DNA from: Octopus vulgaris
Lineage: Eukaryota
Reading direction: 5' to 3'
DNA length: 64,000 nt
Assembly (NCBI GenBank): GCA_951406725.2
Contig: OX597830.1
Location: 39,680,001-39,744,000, forward strand
A program made the position numbers and the translations under genes. A model generated the notes under the pieces. The model did no database searches and was not told the DNA's origin. It saw nothing but the letters and a program-made list of their open reading frames with translations. Every line of letters begins with the position of its first letter. The first letter of the stretch is position 1. Below, piece by piece: positions 61,044 to 64,000 of this stretch.

Positions 61044-61528
61044 ATATATATATATATATATATATATATCCAGAATGAGAGAGGCGGAGAGAGATTGAGA
61101 CCATTTTCCACAACCTCCAATATAAGCCCCCACATATATTATACTCCTACACTCATGGCATGCATACATAAACGCGAGAAGAATTTAACCAAAACATGAA
61201 AGAAAAAAAAACACACTGGCGAACACAGATGTGTATGTCCCCCATCCTGCAAACGCTATACCACTGCACTCATTAGCACCCACCTTAAAGATACGCACAT
61301 TTCCTATAAACTCTTCTCCAAAAGACCCTTGCTGACTTGCACAACCCCAGAGATGGTGCCTTTGATACCAAAGGACATAACTCTTAATTTAACACAGATG
61401 TTTGTCACCTCTGACAATAGAGAGCAGTTGCTATATTTCATTTCATAACTGCCACCTCTGAAGAGCGCATGGTTACATAATCGAACTGTTACCTAACACT
61501 CAGTTAGTAAGATCGACGGTAATTGCCG

Positions 61529-61560
<32 letters not shown>

Positions 61561-61572
61561 TGCCGATATATA

Positions 61573-61638
<66 letters not shown>

Positions 61639-62439
61639 CACCCTCTCTTGTCGTCGGCTAACTAATACATAGAGACTACATGTGTTAAATTAAGAGTTTA
61701 AAGTATAGTGTTTTATTGTCTGTAAAGTATACTATAAAACGGTAATTTGTTTGGTTTAATTACTCCTAGTTAATCACTGGTATTTTTTACTCAGTTAACA
61801 AGCTGTTTAACGATTTAGAAAGATAGAAGTGTCGATACTGACATCTCATACTGACATAAAGAGAAATAGTGAAATCACTTTCTTTAACAGGAGTTCCCCA
61901 TTATACCGCTTCCATAGGCAAATACTTGTATACCTTGTAGTGATATGTTAAGTATTTCAGAAGAAGCTAGATCGTTCCGATGTGGTCTACCCAGGAACGA
62001 ACGCTGCTGCGAGGGCAATTCGGTGACTTCATTTACATCATATCTTCATGAGAATATTTGGCGAAACAGATTTAGGGATTGCTAAGAACTATTTGTGTTC
62101 CACATTTTGTGCAGGAAAAATCTCTTAGTATGCTCGTAAATTTGATTGTTTTCATCTTGTGTAAAATATACGTACGGTTTTCACGTTCTATAGATTGGTT
62201 ATCAGATTATACATGAAATAATTAGATTTTACATGAAATTGTCAAATTTCCTCATGGCATTTCCAGTCAATTTACTGCCATTTTCTCAGGCCGCTAAACA
62301 TGTGTTAACCGTTTACTTTACAGTAGTGGAAGTCCCGAACGTGTGCATGTTTACATTTTGTACATTATAGACTTTATACAAGCAAACTTATACACAGGCA
62401 TACATACCTATATAGGCACACACACACGCCCATAATGTG

Positions 62440-62472
<33 letters not shown>

Positions 62473-62641
62473 TATATAAATTAAAATTAATATTTAACGT
62501 TATAGTCGATTTTGATATAATCATAATTGTTAAGTTCTATGTTTCTAGTTTGATAGTAGAGTTTATTATAAGTAAAATTATTACATTATTTATATCTTAA
62601 AAACATTGTTTAAATATTTCTGATTATATTTTAGATATTTC

Positions 62642-62716
62642 AATTACCTGAAGATTGACTGTAACCATAACTCGAATTATTACGAATTGGACAGCCATGA
62701 AACGATCGTAGTGTTT
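62642..62716 (+). ncRNA. Type I hammerhead ribozyme motif with intact core
   Basis: CTGAAGA-T-TGACTGT...ACAGCCA-T-GAAA-CGATCG-TA. Palindromic stem III, GUA triplet, weak stem I. Confidence 0.65.
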
Positions 62717-62847
62717 TACTCATCATCTTTTATTAAACTTTTAATACTTTTGATATATATTTAAAATAATATAAATTTATTAATTTTATGTATTGGCTTA
62801 AGTTTTTCATTGTTTGATTTGCCTAATAGTGGTTTATCTCTAATTTA

Positions 62848-62978
<131 letters not shown>

Positions 62979-62985
62979 ATATATA

Positions 62986-63071
<86 letters not shown>

Positions 63072-63147
63072 TTCTCGGGTCGGGAAAAAGAATGATCGTA
63101 AATATCTTTTAAAAATTATTTTTCTAAATTTTGTCAATGTGACATAA

Positions 63148-63299
63148 ATGCAAGCGTGGTTGTGTGGTAAGGAGTTTGCTTCCCAACAATCATGGTTCCG
63201 AGTTCAATCCCACTTGGGCAAGTGTTTTCCACTATGGCATCGGGCCGACAAAAGCCTTATGAGTGCATTTGGTAAACAGAAACTGAAAGAAGCCCGTCG
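63148..63299 (+). mobile_element. SINE family A 5' half, diverged
   Basis: GTGGTTGTGTGGTAAG..GAGTTCAATCCC..GAAAGAAGCCCGTCG. Confidence 0.82.
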
Positions 63300-64000
63300 C
63301 GCACATATATATATATGTGTGTGTGCGCATATGATTCGGCTGAAAGATGGTATTGGGAAACCGAATTTGTTGTTAGTTAATAAAATCCGCTCATAGAATA
63401 ATATACAGACCTTTGAGAATCTGGGGCCTCGTGAGAAAACTTCTTTTTAAATGTAAGGGATTTTTCGCATTGAAAAGGTTACTAAAATCCATTGCTTATC
63501 TTCAGCCTGGAAAGTTGTTTGTTTTACTTCTGGCTGTAGATGTTAATTAATTTTGTTTTACTGTTCTACTTTTGATAATATACTGGTAATTAATAAAACA
63601 TTTAATCTTTTTATTAGATAATTTTTGAAGGACCCAAATCATGTTCAAAACATGTGTGAAAAACAACAATATTATTGTAGACATCATAACAATTTAAAAA
63701 CTCTGTGAGAGAATGTAAAATAATTCTTTTAGAAACAATGGATCTCGATGCATGATAAAGATATATATAACAACATATAAATATTGGGTTAGAAGACCTT
63801 TCGAATAGAAAAAAGTCGAAAGCAGCTCTCAAGTTATTCTATCCAGAGTTCAATATTTATACGTTATATAGTTTATAGCTTTATTTGCTTCGAGTTTGAG
63901 TGTTCCAAAAGTGAATCATTTCAAATCTGATATTATTTCTTTAGAAATGTAGCAAATGTTTGCATCCTTCATTTTGATGGATTTTAGAAATTTGCGTTAT

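Noticed and set aside
61455-61700. Half-hammerhead motifs (CTGAAGAGCG here; GAAAC halves at about 17677, 17790 and 57325)
   Set aside because: The partner half could not be located.
63330-64000. AT-rich coding-like decayed sequence
   Set aside because: No recognisable motif in any frame.

Overview
This is AT-rich, repeat-saturated eukaryotic intronic or intergenic DNA. The SINE families and microsatellite load point to a coleoid cephalopod, most likely Octopus (inference). There is no intact host gene and no prokaryotic-type system. Almost all ORFs in the supplied track are translations of microsatellites. Transposon content: a decayed Tx1/L1 LINE, RTE and CR1 LINE fragments, three R4/Dong-type RLE LINE 3' ends (two in tandem between (TAA)n tracts), three Tc1 relics (one of IR/DR type), mariner, pogo and hAT MITEs, four tRNA-headed SINE families with swapped modules, and several Penelope-like (GIY-YIG) elements. 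The most striking unexplained signal is about a dozen minimal hammerhead-ribozyme motifs carried by short non-coding elements inserted in (TA)n tracts. These include a roughly 200-bp family with 4-5 copies, a tRNA-headed element with a hammerhead tail and a Penelope-style inverted end (candidate Penelope-mobilised SINE), and a hammerhead hairpin with 164-bp arms whose transition mismatches are all G.U-compatible. There is also a possible decayed BTB-domain pseudogene and one candidate exon. Coordinates were counted by eye and may be off by a few bases.
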